The notes: generated by a model not told the origin, from the sequence alone. Shown: positions 28,471-38,219, numbered from the stretch's first letter. The stretch is 64,000 bases of DNA from Escherichia coli (GCF_003018115.1 NZ_CP027457.1); one strand, 5' to 3'. Numbers and translations: made by a program.

Positions 28471-29289
28471 TCAGCACATGCTCTCCAGCAGCGTTTCAGC
28501 CATCACCCACAATGCGCGGTTGAGCTTAATATCGGTGTCGATGCTGTGAATGGCCCGGGTATGGATACGTTTTCCTCTGGCACTGCGACCGGAAATCCCG
28601 CCTTTCAGCATATTCTCCTGGATGGTCTGATAAGCACTCCACAGGTCCTTACCGTAATCCTCCCGGCGTCGTGGCGTCAGAATGTCGGCGGTGGTGACGG
28701 GCTGATGTTCGTCACCATAACGGTAAGTCAGTGCCGCCTGTGCCAGCGCCTGGCGTGCCGGTGGCGGCAGAATCAGCGACTGCATGGCATCACGTTTCTC
28801 TTCAATCCGGTCAAAAACCCCCACCACCTCGTAAGCACCTTCAATCACCCTGTCCACCACGTTTCCCCGGTGTGGCACCCGGACTTCTCCCAGCGACTGA
28901 CCGCAGACCAGGCCATTGGTGCAGATGGCACGAAAATATCCGGGTAACATCTGGTAGCTGGATGAACCGTCATGGGAGTTGAGCAGAATAATTTCAGGCA
29001 CATGCTGACCGGTTATCTGTCCGGCCCGCCGCAGACGCAGCATATGTTTGGTATATTCCCGGCGGCTCTGGTCGCGCACACGGGTCTGGCAGGCGAAGAA
29101 CGGCTGAAAGCCTTCCCGCTGCAGATTTTCCAGGACGGTGATGGTGGGAATGTACGCATACCGTTCACTGCGGGAGGTGTGCCGGTCTTCTCCAAAAATA
29201 CTCGGGACGTGGTACATCAGTTCTTCGCGTGTCAGTGGGCGCTCCCGACGGATCTGATTTACATGACCAAAACGACTGGCTAATTGCAT
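28471..29289 (-). CDS. DUF932 (YafZ/YfjQ-like) protein
   Basis: 272-aa ORF MQLASRFGHVNQIRRERPLTREELMYHVPSIFGEDRH...; CP4-type island synteny. Confidence 0.8.
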   Translation of the reverse strand: MQLASRFGHVNQIRRERPLTREELMYHVPSIFGEDRHTSRSERYAYIPTITVLENLQREGFQPFFACQTRVRDQSRREYTKHMLRLRRAGQITGQHVPEIILLNSHDGSSSYQMLPGYFRAICTNGLVCGQSLGEVRVPHRGNVVDRVIEGAYEVVGVFDRIEEKRDAMQSLILPPPARQALAQAALTYRYGDEHQPVTTADILTPRRREDYGKDLWSAYQTIQENMLKGGISGRSARGKRIHTRAIHSIDTDIKLNRALWVMAETLLESMC

Positions 29290-29378
29290 ACTTTGCTCCT
29301 TATGAATGAGTTAGCGGTATAAACGAAAAGGCCGCGTCTCCCGGAGAAGACGCGGCCTGATGGATGAAATGAAGACGT

Positions 29379-29614
29379 TTATTGCCTGAGAATTCCCTCA
29401 CTGGCGAGATACGGATTTAGCTGTTTTCCGGCATCAGATTCAAAATTCCAGCACCGCCAGCGCAACTGACCTTCAGCGTTGCGGATCACCAGACGAAAAT
29501 GCGTACCCGGGTCATCCTTGATAAACACATTGCGGTAAGCGGTTATGACAGCAACCGCCTGCCCGTATGAGAAAGATCCTTCAGCCAGGACATACTCTGT
29601 GTGTAACCCGGCAT
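29379..29614 (-). pseudogene. DUF905-like small gene, start and body in different frames
   Basis: Body frame reads ...[69 protein letters not shown] (stop 29379-29381) but has no start codon; ATGs at 29614 and 29593 are in another frame and stop after 23/16 codons. Confidence 0.45.
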
Positions 29615-29688
29615 ATCTGGTTTCTCCTGATAAATAGCCTCTGCCACAACGTATGGCAGAGGCTGAAGCATGAAACTGACTTCAGGGA

Positions 29689-30144
29689 TCAGTTAACATT
29701 TTTTCCGGAAACGGTAATCAGCAGTGGATGGTAGTCCTGGGGATCGAAAACCGATAACGGCAGACTGACACGATGGCCGTTACTTTCTTCAGTTGCTTTA
29801 ATGATTTCGGTTGTGGCGACATTTTCCACGCACTCCGTTTCCAGAAATGCGTCTGTGGTTCGCGTGGCATTACTGTCACCAAAGGCTTCCGTTTCCATTT
29901 TTCTGGTCACCAGCGTCTGACCATATTTGTCTTTGAGTTGCAGAGTGATGGTGAGGGGGCCAAATCCTTCATAGTTTCCGCCATTATCCAGCCGGAACTG
30001 GTAGGCACAAATATTTCCCGGGAGCCATATCGTATCTGTATTGCGTATACTGATGTAACGTTGATCCTGTGCCCGGAGTGGGGCAGACCACGTTAACCCC
30101 AGAATGAAGGCGGTAATCATGCAGGTTTTGAACAGGTGAATCAT
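29689..30144 (-). CDS. irmA: small secreted protein, IrmA-like
   Basis: 151 aa with signal peptide MIHLFKTCMITAFILGLTWSAPLRA; lies downstream of flu-yeeR, which is where I recall irmA lying; identity by position and memory only. Confidence 0.6.
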   Translation of the reverse strand: MIHLFKTCMITAFILGLTWSAPLRAQDQRYISIRNTDTIWLPGNICAYQFRLDNGGNYEGFGPLTITLQLKDKYGQTLVTRKMETEAFGDSNATRTTDAFLETECVENVATTEIIKATEESNGHRVSLPLSVFDPQDYHPLLITVSGKNVN

Positions 30145-30219
30145 GGTATTTACCTCTCTGAGTCATGACGATGACACTGACAAATCAGGTGATAAAACGT
30201 AAAAGGCGCAGAATAGCCG

Positions 30220-32742
30220 TTATGCCGGTAACTCCGGGGGTAATGCTTCTTCCAGTCGGTTAACCATCTTGCCGAGATGGGATACATCATATTCCATGAC
30301 GGGGCGTTGCCTGATGATACTGACCACCAGTGGTTTGATTAACATATTGGTCGCGGCCCGTTGTTGTATACCGGCGGCGAAAATGATCTCCAGAGCATTC
30401 TGATCGATAACACGGGCCAGATTCGCGTTCAGATTTTCAATCTCATGTCCGGTCAGCAGGAAACTGCCGGCAAGCCATGTCACCTGCTCCTGAATCATTG
30501 CCAGAATTTTGACGCGATCTTCTTCAACCAGCGCTCCGGCAATTTTTCCTGATACAGCGGAGGCAATCATTCCCCCCAGAACACCGCCAACCACACGTCC
30601 TGTCAGTGCACCAAATGGTCCCAGTGGACTGAACAATATCCCGCCCGCCACTGACCCGACAGCACCACCTGCCACACCGGAAGATGCCACGGCAAGATTC
30701 CTGATGAACTGCGCACCGGAGATCCGTCCCCGCAACATTTTGATCATGTCAGGGCCGGTTGTGACAGCGACCAGTGCCAGAGATGTCACCAGCGTACCCT
30801 TCATCACTTTGTTCAGGGCACTGATATTTCCTGCACCGGTCCCCTTCTGAAGCGCCTGCCGGACAGTCGGGCTGGCCGTCGAAAAATCAATATGCTTCAG
30901 CATACCCTGAACAACACTGAGCCGGTGAAGTTGCTGGGTTGTGACGTAGACAGCCAGTGTGCGGGTGAAGGTTTTTCCTGCCTGGACAGCAGCTGTCTGC
31001 AGGGCAGCATCGCGATCGCCGGTGCTGAGCCAGAAGACCGATGCCGTCAGGGCAAAACTGATCCCTCCGGCCGCCAGACTGACAACCGCCCCCTCGGCAA
31101 TATCATAAGTGACCGATTCGATGGTCCCGAACCGGGTGATATTACGGGCCTGGGTATAAGTCAGATGTCCCCGACGAATCAGCCGGGACGCTTCTGCGGG
31201 ATCGGTTACACCGGGTACTTTACCTTCGCGGATCTTATTCTTCATGGTTTCCACAGCGCCGGCATACTGATCACGGGGGACTTCCAGTTGCATGGGACCA
31301 TGATTTCCCATGTAACGATACTGTCCGTTTTGTCCGTCGAATGCCGCACCGACGCTACGGGCTGCAGTTGAACAATATTTCGTCTGGATTTCTGTTCCGC
31401 TGACCAGTCTGTCTGCTCCATTTCTGGCATTATTATCACCGAGGATCCGTGCGTTTTTCAGACGGACTCTGTCGACAATATGGTTTCCCCGTTCAGCGGC
31501 AAACCCATGTCCCTGCCCTCCGGAAGCAAACATTTTCTCATTTGTACTCCAGGTTTCCGGCAGTTTCATGAGAATCAGACCATTCGCCGTTGCATCGGAA
31601 ATAAAACCGGTGTAAGAACGTTCATAAATGTCCTGACACAGTGTTTCTGTTTCGCGACAAAGAGAGGAGCAGTACCATTCCGGATCCGGCTTATGATTTT
31701 CCGGGGCATGATGTACTTCTGTCAGCCCGCAGGAGGCACAGATACGAAGCTCATCCACGTGGTGGAATGATACAAAACGGCGGCCTTCTGAAAAGGGGTA
31801 CCAGTCACCGCCGTCCAGGCAACGATCGAGAAAATCGTCATTCGCTTCCGGTGATAAATTCAGGCGGTTCCGGAAGAGGGTTTTCAGTTCATCAGGGGTA
31901 AATGACAGGCTCTCTCTCAGCTTTTCGTTGAAACCCGCCATGTTTCTTTCATACCAGGCATTGTCCAGTAGCCAGTTTCCGTCTGCCAGTTCAAATTCCC
32001 TCAGCTCTCCCCGGGAAATCCGTTGTGAAATGAGTGTCAGCCAGATGCGCTCCGTCAGCGTTTCAGGAAGGCTGTAATCGTTTTGCAAACTGCTCAGCCA
32101 CGATTTACTGTTGAGCACCGGTTGTTCTTCCAGTGTCTGGCGGATGGCACTGGTCAGTCTTTTCAGCGCCTGGATCTGGCTGGCCGCCCATAGCAGCGTC
32201 ACTAATGCAGCCAGCCAGTACAACAACCCGCCCCACCACATCAGTGAGGGTGAAATATCGAACTGCAATGCGATCAATGGTGCGTATGCAGAACACGCCA
32301 TAAGGAAAAAAGCAGTATAAAAACAGCAGTAATACCCGTTAATTTCCTTGCTGATATCTTCAGGTGTGAGCCCGTTCTGCTGAATGGTTCTTATCTGCAC
32401 GGGAAGAGCCAGCAGACCAGCAGCGAGAGCGGTGGTCAGAATAAATTTTACAGAGTCAAAAGTATGAGCCTCCAGTGCGATATGTTTACCATCAAGTCCC
32501 CACATGAAGCTGATGATCATTCCGGCAATCGTCAGAAATACGCCTGCCAGCCAGCGAATATGGAATAACCGGGTTATGCGTTCAGTGATATAGCCAGCCA
32601 GTAAAGCCGGGCCGAACAGACACAGCAATACGAATCCTGCCAGCGCAGACGCCGTGCTGGTTAATGCTCTGAACAAAAGGCGAAGAATGGCAAATCCTGC
32701 GATCAGCAGAATCAGCGCGCCGACTATCTGTAACATAGTCAC
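30220..32742 (-). CDS. yeeR: YeeR-type inner-membrane protein, full length (840 aa)
   Basis: N-terminus MTMLQIVGALILLIAGFAILRLLFRAL... as recalled for K-12 YeeR; several N-terminal TM segments, a CASC...CSSLC cluster, a GGQGHGFAAERGNH core and a Gly-rich C-terminal hydrophobic region. Confidence 0.85.
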   Translation of the reverse strand: MTMLQIVGALILLIAGFAILRLLFRALTSTASALAGFVLLCLFGPALLAGYITERITRLFHIRWLAGVFLTIAGMIISFMWGLDGKHIALEAHTFDSVKFILTTALAAGLLALPVQIRTIQQNGLTPEDISKEINGYYCCFYTAFFLMACSAYAPLIALQFDISPSLMWWGGLLYWLAALVTLLWAASQIQALKRLTSAIRQTLEEQPVLNSKSWLSSLQNDYSLPETLTERIWLTLISQRISRGELREFELADGNWLLDNAWYERNMAGFNEKLRESLSFTPDELKTLFRNRLNLSPEANDDFLDRCLDGGDWYPFSEGRRFVSFHHVDELRICASCGLTEVHHAPENHKPDPEWYCSSLCRETETLCQDIYERSYTGFISDATANGLILMKLPETWSTNEKMFASGGQGHGFAAERGNHIVDRVRLKNARILGDNNARNGADRLVSGTEIQTKYCSTAARSVGAAFDGQNGQYRYMGNHGPMQLEVPRDQYAGAVETMKNKIREGKVPGVTDPAEASRLIRRGHLTYTQARNITRFGTIESVTYDIAEGAVVSLAAGGISFALTASVFWLSTGDRDAALQTAAVQAGKTFTRTLAVYVTTQQLHRLSVVQGMLKHIDFSTASPTVRQALQKGTGAGNISALNKVMKGTLVTSLALVAVTTGPDMIKMLRGRISGAQFIRNLAVASSGVAGGAVGSVAGGILFSPLGPFGALTGRVVGGVLGGMIASAVSGKIAGALVEEDRVKILAMIQEQVTWLAGSFLLTGHEIENLNANLARVIDQNALEIIFAAGIQQRAATNMLIKPLVVSIIRQRPVMEYDVSHLGKMVNRLEEALPPELPA

Positions 32743-32856
32743 TCCGTGATGAATATCATGTTATTGTGAATGCCAGTGAATGTGGCACTGAAACGTTTTC
32801 CCCCGTCCGGGTCCCGGTCATGATGACCGGGACCACAGAGAGGCAATGCAGAATTA

Positions 32857-35800
32857 TCAGAAGGTCACATTCAGCGTGGCCTGACTGCTATAACCTTCAG
32901 CGCTGCTGCCGTTGATGCTGTGGGCATAACCGGCCTGAACGCCCAGGGTGATATTTTCCCGGACACGGGCTTCCAGTCCGGCCTGCAGATCCAGTGAAGT
33001 GCCATTCTGTGAGGGAGAGAACGTCATCCCGCTGCCTGCGGTGGAGGTCCCCACACGCATATCACCCCGGGAGCTGAAGGTGCGGATAACGGAAGGCTGT
33101 ACCCACCAGTTCACCGGCAGTTCACGCACACTGTGTTTTGCACTGTCACGCAGGGGGGCACGGGATGAGGTGCCTTCACCAAAGGTCATATCGTTGTGGC
33201 TGCCCAGACGGAAACCGGCACGCACATGCTGTGCACTGCCATGCCCGAACTTCACATAACCGGCGTTGTCCTTACCGTCATCCAGCGAAAGCCCCTGCCA
33301 GGTGTACTGCAGCCGTGGCTCCAGCATCAGGTTGTCAGTGATACTGAAGGGCAGACCGGTTTCCAGTGAGCCCAGCCAGCCCCAGCCCCGTGCGCGGAAG
33401 TCGTTATTGCCCGATGACGCTTTCATACTGTGGCGGGTTCCCTGTGCCACAATGTCAGCCCACAGGCCGGAGGAGGTGTGTGCCAGGTTCATATATCCGC
33501 CCAGGCTGCCGGCATCATCCCGGACCGTGCCGGCGCGGGAGCCGTCATCATCCTTAACATCAACGGAAGAATGGCCTGCAGCACCATACACTCCTGTCGT
33601 CAGTGACATACCGGCGACCTCTGTTCTGAGCAGGTCACCCTCCAGACGGACGAAGCCATAGCTGCCGCTGCTTTCCGGCGTGGCCCCACGGGCAATACCG
33701 CCGTTGTTATCGTGACCGAGATGGCCGCCCTGAATGCTGAGACGGACGCTGTTATTTTCACCGTTTACACCGGTCTGATGGCTGCGGGAGCCTGCCAGAA
33801 TCCGGTCATAGTCCATTGCCTGTGTCAGCATGGAGGCGTACAGGGGGACTTCAGCACGATAACGTTCTTCACTGCGCAGATACCAGCTCTCATCACTGTC
33901 CCGGTTGAGGGTGTAGTTAAAGGCCCCGGCCTGCAGCATATTCCCCTGGACAAAAGCCCCTTCCTCCGTGGTGGCACCGTTAATGGCCTCAACCACCTGA
34001 ATACCCTTACCGGTGGTCGCCAGCCCCGTACCACTGTTGCCGGCGTTCACCAGATTCAGGATGGTTTTTCCGGTTGCCCTGCCACCGTCAATGACCAGTC
34101 TGTCAGCATTGTTCTGCGCCATATCCGGACGTACACGCAGGCTGATGGTGCCATTCTGCCCGTTCAGGTTTTTCACCTGCAGAGTTGTCGGAACGAACTT
34201 CCCTGTGCGGGCGGAGGTGAAATGAATCTGTCCGGCATGGCTGAGGTCATCCACCACCGACTGAACCGTGGCGTTATCGGGAATATTCCAGGTGGCACCA
34301 GAGGCGAGAGTGACATTCGTGGGGTCAATGGCACCGTTCAGCACTGTGCTGCCGGTCAGCTTCAGGGCCGTGCCGCGCTGAGCAATGACATCCGTGGTGA
34401 CGGTACTGTCGTTCAGCGTCAGCGTGCCTTCATTCAGGTTGACGGCTTTCTGGGTGAGTGTGGTGTTGCTGACAGTGAGTGTTCCACTTCCTGATTTTTC
34501 CACCCTGCCGTTACCGGTGAGAGAGCCTCCCTGCAGGAGTGCATCGCCTTCACGGATGGTCAGGGTATCGTTGTTCACCGTCTTCCCGGAAAGGGTAAGT
34601 ATGGCGCCGTTATTCAGCGTGGTGGTGCCCGCCAGTGTGCCGCCCCTGGCGGTGAACAGTCCGCCATTTACCGTGGTATCCGTGGCCGTATCACCGGCGT
34701 TCAGCGTGAATGAACTGCCTTTTTCCAGCATCAGGGCATCCGCCTGACCGCCTCCGATACGGAATGCCTTTCCGTCGCTCCGGGTACCACTGACAGCGGC
34801 ACCGGAATCGGCCAGCAGTACACCGCCATTTCCCATGGATACGGTGGTGGCGGTGCCACCGTTGCGGACATCCAGCGTTCCGCCATCATCCACGCGGGTA
34901 TTAGTGGCTGTGTGTCCGGTCAGCACATCCAGGCGTCCGCCATTTTCCAGTACGACATTATCAGCTTTACCCTCCACAACAGAGAATGCTCCCAGGCGGT
35001 TTATGCCGGTAACGGTTGCAGCCGTACTGGTAACCAGTGCGCCGCCCTGCTTCAGGGTGACATTCGTGGCTGTACCACCGGCGTCCACCTGCAGTCTGCC
35101 CTTCTGATTAACGGTGGTATTCCCGGCCACACCCCCGTTTTTGACAATCTGCCAGCCGTCACTGTTCACAACAGTGTCAGACGCTGTACCGCCGTTGTGC
35201 ACATACTGGTATCCCCCATTCAGCGTGGTATCCAGTGCGTGACCATGTACAGTCTGGTCGCCGCCGGCATAAACCACAGTGGTATTTGCCGTTCCTTCAG
35301 TTCTCACAATCTGGCGACCGTTTTTATTGATGGTTGTGCGTACGGCATCCCCGCGAACAAACTGCCCGGTATCACCGTTTTCTGCATCCGGTCCCCCTTC
35401 CGCCCCGGTATTAACAACGGTATCCGTTGCCACTGTACCGGGCTTGACGACCTGCCAGCCCTTATCATTAATGACGGTTCCTGTGGCTATCGCCCCCTCA
35501 TGCATCCACTGTTCGCCACCATTCAGCGTGGTGTTCACTGCCCGTCCCTGAAGGCTCTGTCCGCCTCCGGCACTGATAACCGTGTCTGAGACACTTCCAC
35601 CGGGGTTCACTCTCTGAAGACCACCACTGGTGACAGTCGTTTTGTTGGCTGTTCCGCTATCCTGTACCCATTGCCCGCCGGTATTGGCCTCATTGTCCGG
35701 CCCGTACTCCAGACCGGTACTGATGGTCATTCCGTTGACCGTACCGAAGACAATCTGGTTGTCATGATTTGTCAGTGTTCCGCCGTTCACGGTTTCTCCC

Positions 35801-35976
35801 GCCTGTACAACCGTGTCAGCAGCCAGTGCCGGGACTGACGTGACAGCAGCAAGAGACAGCGCAACCGCCACACCAGCGCGTTTTCCCCGTGAGCGGGCCA
35901 GTTCGGAGGCCACCACCAGGGTGCCCGTAATGTGATTCCATACCAGCCTGTAGCTGGTGTTCAGATGTCGTTTCAT
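32857..35976 (-). CDS. flu: Antigen 43 self-associating autotransporter
   Basis: MKRHLNTSYRLVWNHITGTLVVASELARSRGKRAG start at 35976 gives 1039 aa; extended signal peptide, beta-helix repeats and a C-terminal beta-barrel ending ...ATLNVTF. Confidence 0.95.
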   Translation of the reverse strand: MKRHLNTSYRLVWNHITGTLVVASELARSRGKRAGVAVALSLAAVTSVPALAADTVVQAGETVNGGTLTNHDNQIVFGTVNGMTISTGLEYGPDNEANTGGQWVQDSGTANKTTVTSGGLQRVNPGGSVSDTVISAGGGQSLQGRAVNTTLNGGEQWMHEGAIATGTVINDKGWQVVKPGTVATDTVVNTGAEGGPDAENGDTGQFVRGDAVRTTINKNGRQIVRTEGTANTTVVYAGGDQTVHGHALDTTLNGGYQYVHNGGTASDTVVNSDGWQIVKNGGVAGNTTVNQKGRLQVDAGGTATNVTLKQGGALVTSTAATVTGINRLGAFSVVEGKADNVVLENGGRLDVLTGHTATNTRVDDGGTLDVRNGGTATTVSMGNGGVLLADSGAAVSGTRSDGKAFRIGGGQADALMLEKGSSFTLNAGDTATDTTVNGGLFTARGGTLAGTTTLNNGAILTLSGKTVNNDTLTIREGDALLQGGSLTGNGRVEKSGSGTLTVSNTTLTQKAVNLNEGTLTLNDSTVTTDVIAQRGTALKLTGSTVLNGAIDPTNVTLASGATWNIPDNATVQSVVDDLSHAGQIHFTSARTGKFVPTTLQVKNLNGQNGTISLRVRPDMAQNNADRLVIDGGRATGKTILNLVNAGNSGTGLATTGKGIQVVEAINGATTEEGAFVQGNMLQAGAFNYTLNRDSDESWYLRSEERYRAEVPLYASMLTQAMDYDRILAGSRSHQTGVNGENNSVRLSIQGGHLGHDNNGGIARGATPESSGSYGFVRLEGDLLRTEVAGMSLTTGVYGAAGHSSVDVKDDDGSRAGTVRDDAGSLGGYMNLAHTSSGLWADIVAQGTRHSMKASSGNNDFRARGWGWLGSLETGLPFSITDNLMLEPRLQYTWQGLSLDDGKDNAGYVKFGHGSAQHVRAGFRLGSHNDMTFGEGTSSRAPLRDSAKHSVRELPVNWWVQPSVIRTFSSRGDMRVGTSTAGSGMTFSPSQNGTSLDLQAGLEARVRENITLGVQAGYAHSINGSSAEGYSSQATLNVTF

Positions 35977-36193
35977 CAGCTTTTCCTTACAGAGGGTGAA
36001 TAAAAAAGCCGGTACCCACAAATGTGGATACCGGCAGGTACAAAACAGCATGGTCAGATAAAGTGGTTTTTCCCGGACATAAATGCTTCCCCTCTCTCAT
36101 CCGCCAGAGAAGTATCAGTCCGTTGTGTGCAATTCCGTTCTGCATGATGAAGAGATTCAGCTGCCTTTTCGCAGGCCATTAACCACCATAAAC

Positions 36194-36229
36194 GATCGAT
36201 AGTAACGATCGATACCTGTTTTATCGATC
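36194..36229. promoter_or_regulatory. flu (agn43) Dam/OxyR phase-variation switch
   Basis: Three GATC sites at 36194, 36207 and 36226 within aacGATCGATagtaacGATCGATacctgttttatcGATCGtttta, about 220 nt upstream of the flu ATG. Confidence 0.85.
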
Positions 36230-36348
36230 GTTTTATTCTATTGATAGCAGAGCGGTCACGCAAGAGAAACAGGAGGGGCATGAGGTGTTTGTATCATGTT
36301 TTCAGTTGGTTAACGCAATGTAATCAGGCATTTCCCCTGGCAGACTGT

Positions 36349-37221
36349 TCAGAAGAAAATCCAGTTCCATACCGCGCGGGCAACAGAGACCACCGAGTCA
36401 CGGACGGCACGCAGAACCGTGCGTGCAACAGAGGCAATACAGACGCTCTCCGCCGTGTCAAATATCCGGTCCACCGCACCGGTAAACTGTTCACGGGCCT
36501 GAGACCGGACAGATTCCGTGCGCAGCTCGTCCTGCAGGCGGGTCATCAGGGGGCTGGCGGCATGGTCGGGAAGCGCTGTCATGAGCGCACTGACCAGCGT
36601 ATCCAGTTCCCAGCCGGTGCGGGCCGATACGGCAACAACCGGATGTACGGGCCGGAACAGACGGAATACCGCCTCCGTTTTTTCGCGAATGTTCTGTGCC
36701 TGTGCGGGAGAAGGCTGAATGCCGGCCATATCCCATTCATGGCAGGGCTCCGTTTTGTCGGCCTGCGTCACCACAAACAGCACCTGCTGATGCCCCCGGT
36801 GCAGAATGTGTCGCCAGAAATACTCATCCACAGACAGGGCCCGGTCATCGGCTTTAATCAGCCACAGTACCAGGTCCAGTTCAGACAGAATGTTACGGTA
36901 CAGGGCTTCATACTCTGCATCCCTGTCACGGCTCTCGCCCACCCCGGGCAGGTCAGTGATAACCATGCTGTGACCGTGACCACTCAGACGGAAGCGCTGC
37001 ACTTCCCGGGTGCCGGCGTGAACATCACTGACCGGGGTGACCTCCCCCTGAAACAGTGCATTACAGAGTGAGGATTTACCGGCCCCGCTTTTCCCCATAA
37101 TGCCAATCACGGGTTCGTGACTGGTGAGTTTGCGCAGATGTTCCAGGATGTGACGGGAAAGTGAGTAAGGCAGGGAAGAAAGTGGTTTTTCAATTGCCTC
37201 AATGGCATCAGACGGATTCAT
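36349..37221 (-). CDS. YeeP/YfjP-type GTPase
   Basis: MNPSDAIEAIEKPLSSL start at 37221 gives 290 aa; P-loop GIMGKSGAGKSS and DLPG motif. Confidence 0.85.
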   Translation of the reverse strand: MNPSDAIEAIEKPLSSLPYSLSRHILEHLRKLTSHEPVIGIMGKSGAGKSSLCNALFQGEVTPVSDVHAGTREVQRFRLSGHGHSMVITDLPGVGESRDRDAEYEALYRNILSELDLVLWLIKADDRALSVDEYFWRHILHRGHQQVLFVVTQADKTEPCHEWDMAGIQPSPAQAQNIREKTEAVFRLFRPVHPVVAVSARTGWELDTLVSALMTALPDHAASPLMTRLQDELRTESVRSQAREQFTGAVDRIFDTAESVCIASVARTVLRAVRDSVVSVARAVWNWIFF

Positions 37222-37384
37222 ACATGTATTCCCGGTGAAAAAAGACAAAACCCCGCGCACCGGAAAGATGGCGGGGGATTCACGGAGATAATATCTGTCT
37301 GAAATTATTTGAAATGCAGGTATATGCAGCTAATTTGTATCAGCTTATTGGTACAGTACTAAACCTCATCTGACAGTCCGCTCT

Positions 37385-37399
37385 GTGCCAGGAGCGGAC
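37385..37399 (+). repeat. left copy of 15-nt direct repeat gtgccaggagcggac
   Basis: Identical 15-mer at 38896-38910; this copy forms the 3' arm of hairpin gtccgctc-tgtgccag-gagcggac (37376-37399). Confidence 0.6.
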
Positions 37400-37502
37400 A
37401 TTCCGATATTGAAAAGTAAATTGTCTTGCTGTATTTTTTCAGTCATAAAAATGAATAAGGATTCTCAGATGAGTGAGATATTTGAACTATTCAGTTCTAC
37501 TG

Positions 37503-38219
37503 TCAGTCCTTAAGTTTATTCATAGAAAGCCGCTCTTGGCGTTTAAGCTCATTTAAAGTGAAAAAAGCACATTTATTAGATAAAATATAAATAGTTCCTA
37601 CTAACCGATGTAAGCGCCTCATTTTTTCGGGCATAGAGAATTCAGCATTTTTGACAAACATTAAAGAATCAACCCCAGCAGAGAACATATATTGTAAACT
37701 TTCCATATTAAAAGCCTCTAGTGGATTTACTTCGTTAATATCAATACTATTAACAGACCTCTCTATTTCGAGGTAATCTTCACTTGTCATTGAATAGTCT
37801 ATTTTATGAGCGAATTTATTGCGGATAGAATTCAGCTTAACTAAAGAATTTGCAATTGAGAGAGGTAAACCTAAAGCAACACAGATCTCCAGTTTTGGAG
37901 TAAAATATCGTGATGGTTTAACGAACTGCTCAGTACCAGGCTTCCTAACATTGTTGATGAATACTTCCAAGAAATTCTCAATCAATAGGCTAAGTCTTAG
38001 CAAGACTGATGCTTCGTCATTTATACTTAGTAAAGGTGCAAATTTTTCTGCGTCAAGAAAGAAACCGAGGTCATTATTAATCGCTACATATCCAGTTAGA
38101 TTGTTATTTGACTTCATATTCATAAAAACCTTATCTTGTATATTAGCGGCATATTGTACCATAAATTGAATCGTGGTTTGTTCTAAGAATGGACACAAGA
38201 ACTTCCTCTCCTCACTCAT
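37503..38219 (-). CDS. hypothetical protein with HEPN-type R-x4-H motif
   Basis: ORF 37503..38228 (TTG); ATG at 38219 gives 238 aa; motif IRNKFAH encoded at 37806-37823; AT-rich; no close family recognised. Confidence 0.6.
   Translation of the reverse strand: MSEERKFLCPFLEQTTIQFMVQYAANIQDKVFMNMKSNNNLTGYVAINNDLGFFLDAEKFAPLLSINDEASVLLRLSLLIENFLEVFINNVRKPGTEQFVKPSRYFTPKLEICVALGLPLSIANSLVKLNSIRNKFAHKIDYSMTSEDYLEIERSVNSIDINEVNPLEAFNMESLQYMFSAGVDSLMFVKNAEFSMPEKMRRLHRLVGTIYILSNKCAFFTLNELKRQERLSMNKLKD

Noticed and set aside
33712-35589. Several 90-260-aa plus-strand ORFs inside flu
   Set aside because: They are shadow ORFs created by the repetitive, GC-rich Ag43 passenger coding sequence on the other strand.
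36241-37071. 276-aa plus-strand ORF
   Set aside because: It is antisense to the P-loop GTPase gene (yeeP-like), which has clear motifs. It is an Arg-rich shadow ORF.
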